This document shows positions 28,054 through 36,876 of a DNA stretch of 64,000 bases, piece by piece. The first letter of the stretch is position 1; every line of letters starts with the position of its first letter. The position numbers and the translations under genes are program-made. A model generated the notes under the pieces. That model ran no database searches. It saw only the letters and a list, made by a program, of their open reading frames with translations, and had not been told where the DNA came from. This DNA is from Ilumatobacteraceae bacterium (GTDB taxonomy: Bacteria; Actinomycetota; Acidimicrobiia; Acidimicrobiales; Ilumatobacteraceae): positions 18,268 through 82,267 of the forward strand of contig CAWKCN010000013.1 in the NCBI GenBank assembly GCA_963848145.1, given 5' to 3'.

Positions 28054-28896
28054 ATGCGTCAGTCGGTGGGTCTCCAGGCGTTCGTCGACGCCAGTCTGAT
28101 CGACGAGGCCCTCGCGGGGAAGCTGGTGGCGCTCGACGATGAACTCCGTCGGCTCGGGTCCGTGGTCGTCGCGTTCAGCGGAGGTGCCGATTCGTCGTTC
28201 CTCGCCGCCGCGGCCACCAAGGTGCTCGGCGCCGAGCGGACCCATGCGGTCACCGCAATGTCACCGTCGTTGGCCGGTGACGAAGCCGTCGACTGCCGAG
28301 AGCTCGCGACCGAATGGGGGCTGCGGTGGACACCGGTCGCCACCGACGAGATGGAGCGGGCGGCCTACCGGCTCAACGACACCGATCGCTGCTACCACTG
28401 CAAGGCCGAACTGATGGACGTCGTCGGCCCGATCGCCGCTGCCGAACACGCCACCGTGGTCCTCGGCGTCAACCTCGATGACCTCGGCGACCACCGCCCG
28501 GGCCAGCGCGCAGCGACCGAGTCCGGCGCAGAGTTCCCGATGGTGACCGCGGCGTTCACGAAGGCCGACGTGCGGGCGGCATCGAAGGCGATGGGACTGC
28601 GCACGTGGGACAAGCCGGCTGCGGCATGCCTGGCGAGTCGGATCCCGTACGGCACACAGGTGTCGGTGGAGATCCTCGGGCGGGTCGATCGTGCCGAGGC
28701 CGCACTCCACCGGCTCGGTTTCGCGCAGGTGCGCGTCCGTCACTACGACGACACCGCCCGGATCGAAGTCGACCTCGTCGATCTGCACTCGATGATCGAG
28801 CAGCGCGCCGCGGTGATCGACGCTGTTCGAGGCGTTGGCTACCGCTATGTCACGGTGGATCTCGAGGGCTTTCGTTCGGGCAACCTCAACGGTTGA
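28054..28896 (+). CDS. PP-loop ATP pyrophosphatase, LarE-like sulfur transferase family (TIGR00268-like)
   Basis: PP-loop VAFSGGADSS, and a conserved Cys context (AAACLASRIPYG) matching the LarE sacrificial cysteine region. 280 aa. No larA/larB/larC in the window. Confidence 0.7.
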   Translation: MRQSVGLQAFVDASLIDEALAGKLVALDDELRRLGSVVVAFSGGADSSFLAAAATKVLGAERTHAVTAMSPSLAGDEAVDCRELATEWGLRWTPVATDEMERAAYRLNDTDRCYHCKAELMDVVGPIAAAEHATVVLGVNLDDLGDHRPGQRAATESGAEFPMVTAAFTKADVRAASKAMGLRTWDKPAAACLASRIPYGTQVSVEILGRVDRAEAALHRLGFAQVRVRHYDDTARIEVDLVDLHSMIEQRAAVIDAVRGVGYRYVTVDLEGFRSGNLNG

Positions 28897-28926
28897 ACGC
28901 CGACGGCCCCGTCATCGCACGTGCTC

Positions 28927-28970
28927 GATCGCCGTTTGATTGCCGTTCGATTGCCGTTCGATTGCGGTTG
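28927..28970. repeat. 11-bp tandem repeat x4 (GATTGCCGTTC consensus)
   Basis: Units are GATCGCCGTTT, GATTGCCGTTC, GATTGCCGTTC and GATTGCGGTTG. They lie in the 104-bp intergenic region and end 30 nt upstream of the ATG at 29001. Confidence 0.85.
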
Positions 28971-29000
28971 GCGCGACCGCCCGACGTAGCGTTCGCGGCC

Positions 29001-30044
29001 ATGAAGCTGTCGATGATGATCAACTACTCGGGCGACTTCCACGCCGACGTCAAGAAGGTCGTGGAACTCGAGAAGGCCGGCCTCGACGTCGTGTGGGTGC
29101 CGGAGGCCTACAGCTTCGACGCCGTGTCGCAGATGGGCTATCTCGCTGCGAAGACCGAGACGATCGAGATCGGCTCGGCGATCCTCAACGTGTTCTCGCG
29201 GACGGCCACCTGCATGGCCCAGACAGCGGCCGGTCTGGACTTCGTCTCCGGTGGGCGATTCATCCTGGGCCTCGGGGCGTCGGGACCGCAGGTGATCGAG
29301 GGCTTCCACGGCGTGCCGTACGAGAAGCCGATGCCGCGCATCCGCGACTACATCAACGTGTGTCGCATGACGATGAAGCGCGAGAAGGTCGTCTACGACG
29401 GCCCGACCGTGCAGGTGCCGCTGCCCGATGGGCAGGGCACGGGGCTGGGCAAGCCCCTCAAGATCATCAACCATCCGGTGCGCGACACCGTGCCGATCTT
29501 CTGGGCGAGCCTGATGGGTCAGTCGGTGAAGGCCACGGCCAGGATGGCCGACGGGTGGATCCCGATCTTCTTCGATCCCGAGAAGTTCCACACCGTGTGG
29601 GGCGACGATCTCAAGGCCGGCCAGGCCGAGCGTGATCCCGAGCTCGGCCCGCTGCAGATCTCGGCGGGTGGGATGGTCGGTATCGGCGACGAACTCGTCG
29701 GGGACGCCCGCAACCGGATCCTCGACTTCTCGCGCCCGAACGTGGCGTTGTACGTCGGTGGCATGGGCGCACGGGACAAGAACTTCTACAACACGATCTG
29801 TCAGAAGTACGGCTACGTGCAAGAGGCCGCGGAGATCCAGGACCTGTACCTCGACGGCAAGAAGCAAGAGGCAGCAGCGGCGGTCCCGGCCGAGATGTTG
29901 GAGAAGACCAACCTGGTCGGCCCTGCCGGCTACGTCAAGGAGCGTCTCGCTGCGTACCAGGAAGCCGGTGTGACGCACTTGTCGGTGAGTCCGGTCGGCG
30001 GCGACGCCGTCAAGACCGTCGAGCAGCTCAAGTCACTGCTCTGA
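29001..30044 (+). CDS. LLM-class F420-dependent oxidoreductase
   Basis: 347 aa. The sequence MKLSMMINYSGDFHADVKKVVELEKAGLDVVWVPEAYSFDAVSQMGYLAA... shows the typical luciferase-like monooxygenase fold sequence. Confidence 0.85.
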   Translation: MKLSMMINYSGDFHADVKKVVELEKAGLDVVWVPEAYSFDAVSQMGYLAAKTETIEIGSAILNVFSRTATCMAQTAAGLDFVSGGRFILGLGASGPQVIEGFHGVPYEKPMPRIRDYINVCRMTMKREKVVYDGPTVQVPLPDGQGTGLGKPLKIINHPVRDTVPIFWASLMGQSVKATARMADGWIPIFFDPEKFHTVWGDDLKAGQAERDPELGPLQISAGGMVGIGDELVGDARNRILDFSRPNVALYVGGMGARDKNFYNTICQKYGYVQEAAEIQDLYLDGKKQEAAAAVPAEMLEKTNLVGPAGYVKERLAAYQEAGVTHLSVSPVGGDAVKTVEQLKSLL

Positions 30045-30047
30045 CCC

Positions 30048-30086
30048 ATCGTGGTCCCCCGTGCCCAGGGCACGGGGAACCACGAT
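30048..30086. repeat. Family-2 palindrome copy 2: ATCGTGGTCCCCCGTGCCC-A-GGGCACGGGGAACCACGAT
   Basis: 19-bp arms with one mismatch. It starts 4 nt after the LLM stop (30042-30044) and lies between convergent genes (the vWA stop is at 30100). Confidence 0.85.
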
Positions 30087-30099
30087 CGGCGCTGGTCGG

Positions 30100-31080
30100 T
30101 CAGACCATGCCGCGGAGCCACCACAGGCTCAGCGCCCAGGCCAACGTGAGGCAGAGGAACGCTGCGAGTGCCCACTGCCAGGTGAGCTCGGTGACGATCT
30201 CGATCGGGTCGCCGATCGTCTCGCCGAGCGAGTCCGCGATCTGGTCGTAGGCGCTTGCCAACTCGTCACCGGTTCGCGCTTCGAACGCTTCACCGCCGGT
30301 GGTCTCGGCGACCAGTTCCAGGTCGGCGGGGCGCACCGGAACGGGGACGATGTCGCCGGACTCGGGGTCCTGGATCACGCCGGTCTCGGTGCCGAACGCG
30401 ATCGTGTACACGGGGATCCCCGCCTCGGCCGCTTCGACAGCACCGTCGGACGTCAGACGACCAACGGTGGTTTCGCCATCGCTGAGCAGGACCATCACCC
30501 CGGGTGGCAGCTCGCTGTCGTCCTCCGGGTCGGCGGAGTTGACCAACAGCCGTGTGCCGGCCGACAGGGCGTCGCCGATGGCTGTCGACTCGGCCAGCTC
30601 GAGGTTGTCGATACCGCGCAGCATCGTCGCCCGGTCGAGGGTGGGGTCGACATCCACGGCCACCGAACCCGAGAACCCGATCAGACCGACTTCGACGCCT
30701 GGGTCCACGAGGTCGACGAAGTCGCGGGCGGCTTCCTGTGCGGCTTCGAAACGGCGTGGGTCGACATCGTCGGCCATCATCGACAACGACACGTCGAACA
30801 GCACGAGTATCCGTCCCTCGGTGGTGGTGTTCTCGGTGGTGCGCTCGACTGGTCGAGCGACCGCCACCACAGCCAGGGCGAGGCCGAGGAGCTGGAGGCC
30901 GGCGATCAGGTGACGGCGCCACCGTGGCCTTGCAGGAGCGACCTTGTCGAGAAGGTCGACCTGCGTGAAACGGATCGTCGCCGCACGACGCCACCGCAGC
31001 ACCACGACGTACAGCACCGCGAGGCCGACCACGAGCAGCAGCAGCCAGAGACGACCAGGTGCGAGGAAGTCGGTGCTCAT
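30100..31080 (-). CDS. von Willebrand factor type A (vWA) domain membrane protein, BatA-like
   Basis: N-terminal TM helix, MIDAS-type start of the vWA domain (ILVLFDVSLSMMADD), and a C-terminal TM helix. The ATG overlaps the stop of the DUF58 gene (ATGA at 31077-31080). Confidence 0.85.
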   Translation of the reverse strand: MSTDFLAPGRLWLLLLVVGLAVLYVVVLRWRRAATIRFTQVDLLDKVAPARPRWRRHLIAGLQLLGLALAVVAVARPVERTTENTTTEGRILVLFDVSLSMMADDVDPRRFEAAQEAARDFVDLVDPGVEVGLIGFSGSVAVDVDPTLDRATMLRGIDNLELAESTAIGDALSAGTRLLVNSADPEDDSELPPGVMVLLSDGETTVGRLTSDGAVEAAEAGIPVYTIAFGTETGVIQDPESGDIVPVPVRPADLELVAETTGGEAFEARTGDELASAYDQIADSLGETIGDPIEIVTELTWQWALAAFLCLTLAWALSLWWLRGMV

Positions 31081-32084
31081 CGACCGATCCCGTCCCCGCG
31101 AACCGCTTGCACGCGCCGCCGCTGGGTGTGCTGCACGATCGCGCCGAGCCAGTCGCTGTCGGTGGACAGCTCGATCACGTCGGCGTGCGACCGTCCGAGC
31201 GCGTCGGCCCTGCGCTGCCGTTCCTCCTGTGCCGCAGCAGCGAACCGCTGCTGGACCTTCGCGGTGACGCGTACCTCACGGCTCGCTCCGGTGGCGGGGT
31301 CGACGACTTCGACCAGCCCGATCGGCGGGACGTCGTGTTCGCGCGGGTCGGCCACCGTGATCGCCAGCAGGTCGTGACGCAAGCTGAGCCGGGCGAGCGA
31401 CGGTTGCCACTCCTCGCCCCGGAAGTCGCTGATCACGGCAACGAATCCCCGGCGGTTGGCGATCGCACCGACCCGATCGATCGCGCCCGCCAGATCGGCG
31501 TGGCCCAACCCTTCGGACTGCGGCGGCGAGCTCAGCAGTGAGAGCACGGCACGAACCTGGTTGGACCCCGAGCGTGGTGGCACGACGTGGATCGACGGGC
31601 CGGCGACGAGCACCGCTCCCAGACGGTTCTGATTCCGGGCGGTCAGGAATCCGACACATGCCGCGGCTGCGGTCGCGACCTGCGCCTTGTCGTTGTCGAC
31701 GGTGCCGAACTGCATCGTTGCCGACACGTCGACCACGAGCCAGGCCGTCAGGTCGCGGTCGGCGATCTGCTCGCGCACATGTGTCTCACGCGTGCGCGCG
31801 GTGATGTTCCAATCGATGCGACGAACGTCGTCGCCCGGCTGATAGAGACGCGACTCGCCAGGCTCGGAACCGTGGCCAGGCGTGATGCCCTGGTAGTGGC
31901 CATGCAACACGCCGTCGAGCCGGCCGGTGATCGTGAGTTCCAGCGTGCGCAGCAGCTCCGAGACGGTCTCGGTCGGCGGACCCGAGGCCCACCCCGCACC
32001 GTTGGCGGCGTTCGCCGGGTCGCCGAACCCGCTCGCCGCGGCCGCGGCCGAAGGCGTCACGCTCGCCGGACCCAAGGTCGCCAC
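31077..32084 (-). CDS. DUF58 domain protein (MoxR-associated)
   Basis: The in-frame GTG (cac 32082-32084) sits 2 nt after the moxR TGA. The sequence carries the DUF58 signature (YQPGDDVRRIDWNITART) and a vWA-like VVDVSATM. The long upstream extension of the 710-aa ORF is shadow. Confidence 0.8.
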   Translation of the reverse strand: MATLGPASVTPSAAAAASGFGDPANAANGAGWASGPPTETVSELLRTLELTITGRLDGVLHGHYQGITPGHGSEPGESRLYQPGDDVRRIDWNITARTRETHVREQIADRDLTAWLVVDVSATMQFGTVDNDKAQVATAAAACVGFLTARNQNRLGAVLVAGPSIHVVPPRSGSNQVRAVLSLLSSPPQSEGLGHADLAGAIDRVGAIANRRGFVAVISDFRGEEWQPSLARLSLRHDLLAITVADPREHDVPPIGLVEVVDPATGASREVRVTAKVQQRFAAAAQEERQRRADALGRSHADVIELSTDSDWLGAIVQHTQRRRVQAVRGDGIGR

Positions 32085-32086
32085 GA

Positions 32087-33166
32087 TCAGACCTGCGGAG
32101 CGCCAGCTCCGAATGCGTCGTTCGGTTTCGGTGACACCCAGGTGGCCGGCACGGTGGCGAGGATCCGCTGCACGACGTGGTCGGCGGTGATGTCTCGCGC
32201 CAGTGCGTCGTAGGTGAGCAACAGGCGGTGGCGAAGGATCTCCGGCGCCAGGTCGAAGACGTCCTGCGGTGTCGTGTACGAGCGACCGCGCATCAGCGCA
32301 AGGGCTCGGGCGCCACGCACGAGGTTCAGCGACGCCCTCGGGCTGGCGCCGAGACCGATCACGGTCGAGAGATCGCCCAGCCCGAAGCGGGCGGGGTCGC
32401 GAGTGCACTGCACCAGGTCGACGGCGTACTGCGACACCGATCGATCGACGAACACCGTGTCGGCGCGTTGCTGGAGTGCGATCAACTCGTCGAGCGAGAT
32501 CACCTGCTGCGGGATCGGGGCACTGATGCTCATCCGATCGATGATCGTGAGTTCTTCGTCCGGTGTCGGATAGTCGAGGACGATCTTCATCATGAAGCGA
32601 TCGCGCTGCGCGTCCGGCAGCTGGTAGACGCCTTCGGACTCGATCGGGTTCTGGGTGGCCACGACGAAGAACGGCGTCGGAACTGCATGGGTGACACCGC
32701 CGATGGTGACCTGCTGTTCGGCCATCACCTCGAGCAGGGCGGACTGGACCTTGGCCGGCGCCCGGTTGATCTCGTCGGTGAGCAGGAAGTTGACGAACAC
32801 CGGGCCGAACTCCACGTCGAATGACTCGCTGCTCCCTCGGTAGATCCGCGTGCCGGTGATGTCGGAGGGCAACAGATCGGGAGTGAACTGGATTCGTGCG
32901 AACGTGCCGCCGACCACGTCGGCCAGGGTCTCCGCTGCCAGTGTCTTCGCCAGGCCCGGCACCGACTCGAGCAGACAGTGGCCCCGGCACAGCACCCCGA
33001 CGAGCAGTCGTTCGAGCAGCCGGGTCTGGCCGACCATCACCTTGCGGAGCTCGAAGAAGATCTTCTCGAACGTCTCGGCGGTCTGCCGGTCGTCGGCGGG
33101 AGTCGAGACGGCGGTCGGGCCCGTCGATGCGGTCGCCGGCGCGGAGGGCTGGTCGCTGTCGGTCAT
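32087..33166 (-). CDS. MoxR-family AAA+ ATPase
   Basis: Walker A-like LESVPGLAKT, RIQFTPDLLPSD, and Walker B with the arginine region (LLTDEINRAPAKVQSALLEVM). 359 aa. Confidence 0.9.
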   Translation of the reverse strand: MTDSDQPSAPATASTGPTAVSTPADDRQTAETFEKIFFELRKVMVGQTRLLERLLVGVLCRGHCLLESVPGLAKTLAAETLADVVGGTFARIQFTPDLLPSDITGTRIYRGSSESFDVEFGPVFVNFLLTDEINRAPAKVQSALLEVMAEQQVTIGGVTHAVPTPFFVVATQNPIESEGVYQLPDAQRDRFMMKIVLDYPTPDEELTIIDRMSISAPIPQQVISLDELIALQQRADTVFVDRSVSQYAVDLVQCTRDPARFGLGDLSTVIGLGASPRASLNLVRGARALALMRGRSYTTPQDVFDLAPEILRHRLLLTYDALARDITADHVVQRILATVPATWVSPKPNDAFGAGAPQV

Positions 33167-33284
33167 TGCCCGACGACGGTAGCCCGGCGATCGACGGTGC
33201 CGTCCTCACACAGGTAGGAGTTCGGTGAGTCGGTGAATCGAGAGGTGCTGCTCGCCGCCGCTCGGGCTGTCACACTCGTCGGTC

Positions 33285-34298
33285 ATGCAGGTGGTGCGCC
33301 GCGACGATCTCCCCGGATTGGCGGTGGTCGCGCTCGCCGTGCTCGTCGCGTTCCGGCTGGGGTCGCCGCTCGGCGTTTCGCCGTTGGTTGTCGGCGTCGT
33401 GCTCGGTGCGGTCGTCGCAAACGCCGGTCTGCTGACCTCCCGGCTTCGTCCCGGCATCGCGTTCGCGTCGAAGCGCCTGCTGCGGGCCGGCATCGTGCTG
33501 CTCGGGTTGCGACTCTCGTTCGATGAGATGCGCGACCTCGGCATCGGCGGTGTGATCGCAGTCGTCGCCGTGGTGCTCGCGACGTTCTTCGGTGTCCAGG
33601 CGCTCGCCAGGGCCATGGGGCTCTCGGCGGGTCTCGGGCTCCTGGTCGCGACCGGGTACTCGATCTGCGGGGCATCGGCGATCGCAGCGATGGCCCCGCT
33701 CTCGGACGCGGACGAGGAAGAGACCGCATACGCGATCGGACTCGTGGCATTGTGCGGGTCGTTGTCGATCCTGGTGTTGCCGTTGCTCGGCCATGCACTC
33801 GGCCTCGGCGACCAGACCTTCGGTACGTGGGTGGGGGCGGGCGTCCACGACGTCGGACAGGTCACGGCAACTGCCACGGCCTATTCCGAGGCGGCGCTCG
33901 TGCCGGCGACCCTGGTGAAGCTGACCCGCGTGATCCTGCTCGCGCCGATGGTGTTCGGCGTCGGCCTGGCCGCACGTCGCCGCGTGGCGACGCGCCGGGC
34001 ATCGGCCGGCGGGGATGAACCAGCGATGCCCGACGTCCACGTGCCGATCGTGCCGCTGTTCGTCGCCGGCTTTCTGGCGGCGATCGCACTGCGAGCCACG
34101 GGCTGGCTGTCAGCCGAAACGCTGTCGACGGCGAAGGACGCCGAGCAGATCCTGCTGACCGCCGGAATGTTCGGCCTCGGCGCCGGCATCGATCTCGGTC
34201 GGCTGCATCGCCTGGGCGGTCGGCCGCTCGTACTCGGTCTCGCGTCGTGGATGCTCGTCGGTGGCGCGGCGTTGGTCGCTGCGGTCGCCATCACCTGA
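33285..34298 (+). CDS. YeiH/UPF0324 family putative sulfate-exporter-type membrane protein
   Basis: 337 aa, polytopic. The TGYSICGASAIAA motif is characteristic of YeiH-family proteins. Confidence 0.8.
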   Translation: MQVVRRDDLPGLAVVALAVLVAFRLGSPLGVSPLVVGVVLGAVVANAGLLTSRLRPGIAFASKRLLRAGIVLLGLRLSFDEMRDLGIGGVIAVVAVVLATFFGVQALARAMGLSAGLGLLVATGYSICGASAIAAMAPLSDADEEETAYAIGLVALCGSLSILVLPLLGHALGLGDQTFGTWVGAGVHDVGQVTATATAYSEAALVPATLVKLTRVILLAPMVFGVGLAARRRVATRRASAGGDEPAMPDVHVPIVPLFVAGFLAAIALRATGWLSAETLSTAKDAEQILLTAGMFGLGAGIDLGRLHRLGGRPLVLGLASWMLVGGAALVAAVAIT

Positions 34299-34342
34299 GC
34301 TCGCGCTCTCGTTCGCAGCTGTGTCGTCGTAGCCTGACCGTC

Positions 34343-34660
34343 GTGTCCGAGACCGACGATGCACAGCAGAGGACGGACGACGAACTGCTCGCCGACCGTC
34401 TGATGGAGGAGGAGCGGGCAGCCCAGCGGAGGCTCTCGATGATCGAGGCCGGCCGGCGCAAGGGCGGGATGCTCGGTGCCGCAGCTGCCGGGGCGATGCT
34501 CGGCCTGCGCGACGTGTACGAAGGCCCACCGAAGGACGACGAGACCGTCGAGGTGTCCGAAGCGCCGGGTGACCCCGAGGACATCGATGTCGACGGCATC
34601 ACCGGTCGGGTCGGCGACCTCGACTACTGGGCCCCACCACCCAGCGACCCCCGTGTGTGA
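34343..34660 (+). CDS. Hypothetical protein (105 aa)
   Basis: The in-frame GTG at 34343 gives VSETDDAQQRTDDELLADRLMEEERAAQRRLSMIEAGRRKGGMLGAAAAGAMLGL...DYWAPPPSDPRV. The ORF portion upstream of this GTG is Arg-rich. No family recognised. Confidence 0.4.
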   Translation: MSETDDAQQRTDDELLADRLMEEERAAQRRLSMIEAGRRKGGMLGAAAAGAMLGLRDVYEGPPKDDETVEVSEAPGDPEDIDVDGITGRVGDLDYWAPPPSDPRV

Positions 34661-34688
34661 CGTTTGGTGTCTGACACCAGACGTAACG
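34660..34688. repeat. Family-1 palindrome copy 2: ACGTTTGGTGTC-T-GACACCAGACGTAAC
   Basis: It starts on the last base of the TGA at 34658-34660 and ends 5 nt before the stop of the convergent reductase gene (34694). The stem is ACGT-TGGTGTC/GACACCA-ACGT with one mismatch. Confidence 0.8.
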
Positions 34689-34693
34689 GCTGC

Positions 34694-35917
34694 TCAGCCG
34701 GCGTAGGCGCCGGGCTGGTCGAGGAAACGTCGGTGCCAGCGGCTCGGGGTGAGCACGACTGCGCGCGGCTCGTCCTCGAACATCCACCGAGCAAAGTTCC
34801 GGCGGCCCCATTCGCCGCTCGCCGAAACGACTCGAATCGCTCCACGCGCACCCCACGAGGTCGCCAACACCGATCCCAGTGCCTTCGACATGCGATGGTC
34901 GGCGAACAAGTGGTGCTCGACCTCGGCACGGTAGATCGCAGCTGCATCGTCGGGCTGCAATGCCCCAGCCGCAATGATCGCTTCGGCCGCGAGCCGACCG
35001 GTCAGCAACGCTTGACCGATGCCTTCGCCGGTCATCACGTCGGTGGCCATCGCCGCGTCGCCGGTGAACAGCACCCGCCCGGCCGTGAGCGTGGCCTCGT
35101 CGACGCGTGCCGGGATCGGCCAGGCCGTGTGGCGATCCTCGGGCTCGAAGCCGTCGCCGAGGGCGTCGACGATGTGAGGCCGTGAGAGAAGATCGAGCCA
35201 GAGTTGTTTCATGTCCTGGATGCGCCGGCTTCCGTCGCGCAGCACGCCGAATCCGATGTTGACACGACCTCCTGGCAGCGGGAACGACCATGCATAACCG
35301 GGCACGAGATCGGGCTCGAACCACACGTGCAGCTGCTCGGCGGCCGGTCCGGTGACGTTGCGGGCGTACTGCCGGAATCCGTGCCACTCGCCCAGATAGC
35401 CGCCTTCGTTGGCTCCGAGCGACTTGCGCACCCGGCTCCACATGCCGTCGGCTGCGACCACGTAGCGAGCGTCGATGTCGAGGCCGTCGGCGATCACCGT
35501 GACGTGGTCGTCGTGCTCGACGATGCTGTCGAAGCCGTGTCCGTCGCGAATGTCGGCGCCGGCCGCGCTGGCGAGGCGAACGAGTGCGTCGTCGAGTTGG
35601 AGGCGGGGCGCAACTGCCGCGTAGCCGTCCGTCGACGGGAGCGGAACGAACACCTCGCGACCACTGGGCGAGCGGATGGCGGCGCCGCCGACGTCGAACC
35701 AGTCCGGAATCGTGCCAGGGTCGAGACCGAGGTGCTCCAGTTCTCGCAGACCCAGCGTGGTCAGACCGTCGCCGCAGCACTTGTCGCGCGGAAACACCGC
35801 CTTGTCGATGGCGACGACCCGTCGCCCGGCCCGGCACAGCTCGATCGCTGCGGCGCTGCCGGCGGGCCCGAGCCCGACGACCACGACGTCGGCGCGAAGA
35901 CGTTGACGCTGAGGCAT
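34694..35917 (-). CDS. Geranylgeranyl reductase family FAD-dependent oxidoreductase
   Basis: The ATG (cat 35915-35917) gives MPQRQRLRADVVVVGLGPAGSAAAIELCRAGRRVVAIDKAVFPRDKCCGDGL, a typical GGR/MenJ-like N-terminus. 407 aa. Confidence 0.85.
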   Translation of the reverse strand: MPQRQRLRADVVVVGLGPAGSAAAIELCRAGRRVVAIDKAVFPRDKCCGDGLTTLGLRELEHLGLDPGTIPDWFDVGGAAIRSPSGREVFVPLPSTDGYAAVAPRLQLDDALVRLASAAGADIRDGHGFDSIVEHDDHVTVIADGLDIDARYVVAADGMWSRVRKSLGANEGGYLGEWHGFRQYARNVTGPAAEQLHVWFEPDLVPGYAWSFPLPGGRVNIGFGVLRDGSRRIQDMKQLWLDLLSRPHIVDALGDGFEPEDRHTAWPIPARVDEATLTAGRVLFTGDAAMATDVMTGEGIGQALLTGRLAAEAIIAAGALQPDDAAAIYRAEVEHHLFADHRMSKALGSVLATSWGARGAIRVVSASGEWGRRNFARWMFEDEPRAVVLTPSRWHRRFLDQPGAYAG

Positions 35918-35976
35918 CGGCTCGTTCACGGCCGCAAGGCTACGAGCGTGGTCGCCGGTCGTGCGGGGTCGACCGC

Positions 35977-36801
35977 TCAGGTCAGATGCACGTCGCGGCG
36001 GACCGCCCGCTTGACCGGCCCGGGGTCGTTGCGTTGGAGGCGAGTGGCGTTGACCCGATTGCGCCACTGGGGGAGGAGCGCGTAGCCGATGTCACCGGGG
36101 CAGGCGGTGTAGGTGACATCGCGGTGCCCCGAGATCGTCGAGGTGGTCACCGTGGCGCCTGCTCGGAACTTGTCCGATCCTCGTGACACGAACGTGGTCG
36201 TCGCCGCCGGGTCGGTGTCGACGTCGTAGCGGTCTGCGAGGAACAGCAGTGTCCGGGCGAGCGACTCCTGGGCGGCGGGCGTGGGTGCGGTGCCGGTGAA
36301 GTCGCCGATCATGCAGACGAGCTGTGCGTAGCCCTGGTTGCCACCGGTTGCATCCGCCACGACCGGGCCGGCGAGCGAGCCGGAGCGGGTCTCCCAGACG
36401 GCTCCGTCGGGGCTGATCATGAAGTGGTAGCAGATGTCCGGCCAGCGCTTGTCCGGTCCGGTGTGGAACGCATAGGTCTGGCGGATCACCCGACGTGGAT
36501 CGGGCACGGCGTTGGTCGACGCAGTGTGGTGCACCAGGAGGAACTTCACGGTCTCGGGCGCGATCGGCCCCGTCGGCGCCAGGTCGGCTCCCCAGTGGTC
36601 GCGGGGATGGATGCGCAACCCCGGCGCCACGTCCACCGCGGTGAGCGAGGCCACCGGCGCGAGTTCGGCCAACCCGACGTCGCCCGCGCCGTCCGGGTCG
36701 TCCTGGCCGCACCCGCCGACGCTCAGAGCTGCTGCGGCGCCGACTGCAGCGGTGAGGGCTCCGCCGAGCAGCTCGCGTCTCGTCCGCTGGCAGTCACACA
36801 C
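35977..36801 (-). CDS. N-acetylmuramoyl-L-alanine amidase (Amidase_2/PGRP domain), Tat/lipoprotein signal
   Basis: Twin-arginine-like RRELLGG followed by ...SVGGC. The amidase_2 region has FLLVHHTAS...ICYHFMISPDGAVWE...SGHRDV...CPG. Confidence 0.75.
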   Translation of the reverse strand: MCDCQRTRRELLGGALTAAVGAAAALSVGGCGQDDPDGAGDVGLAELAPVASLTAVDVAPGLRIHPRDHWGADLAPTGPIAPETVKFLLVHHTASTNAVPDPRRVIRQTYAFHTGPDKRWPDICYHFMISPDGAVWETRSGSLAGPVVADATGGNQGYAQLVCMIGDFTGTAPTPAAQESLARTLLFLADRYDVDTDPAATTTFVSRGSDKFRAGATVTTSTISGHRDVTYTACPGDIGYALLPQWRNRVNATRLQRNDPGPVKRAVRRDVHLT

Positions 36802-36876
36802 CGACCTGACTCTACGATGCCGGTCGGGTCAGCGGCGCCAAACGGGGCGTGGACCGGACATCAGGAGGAACTGTCG

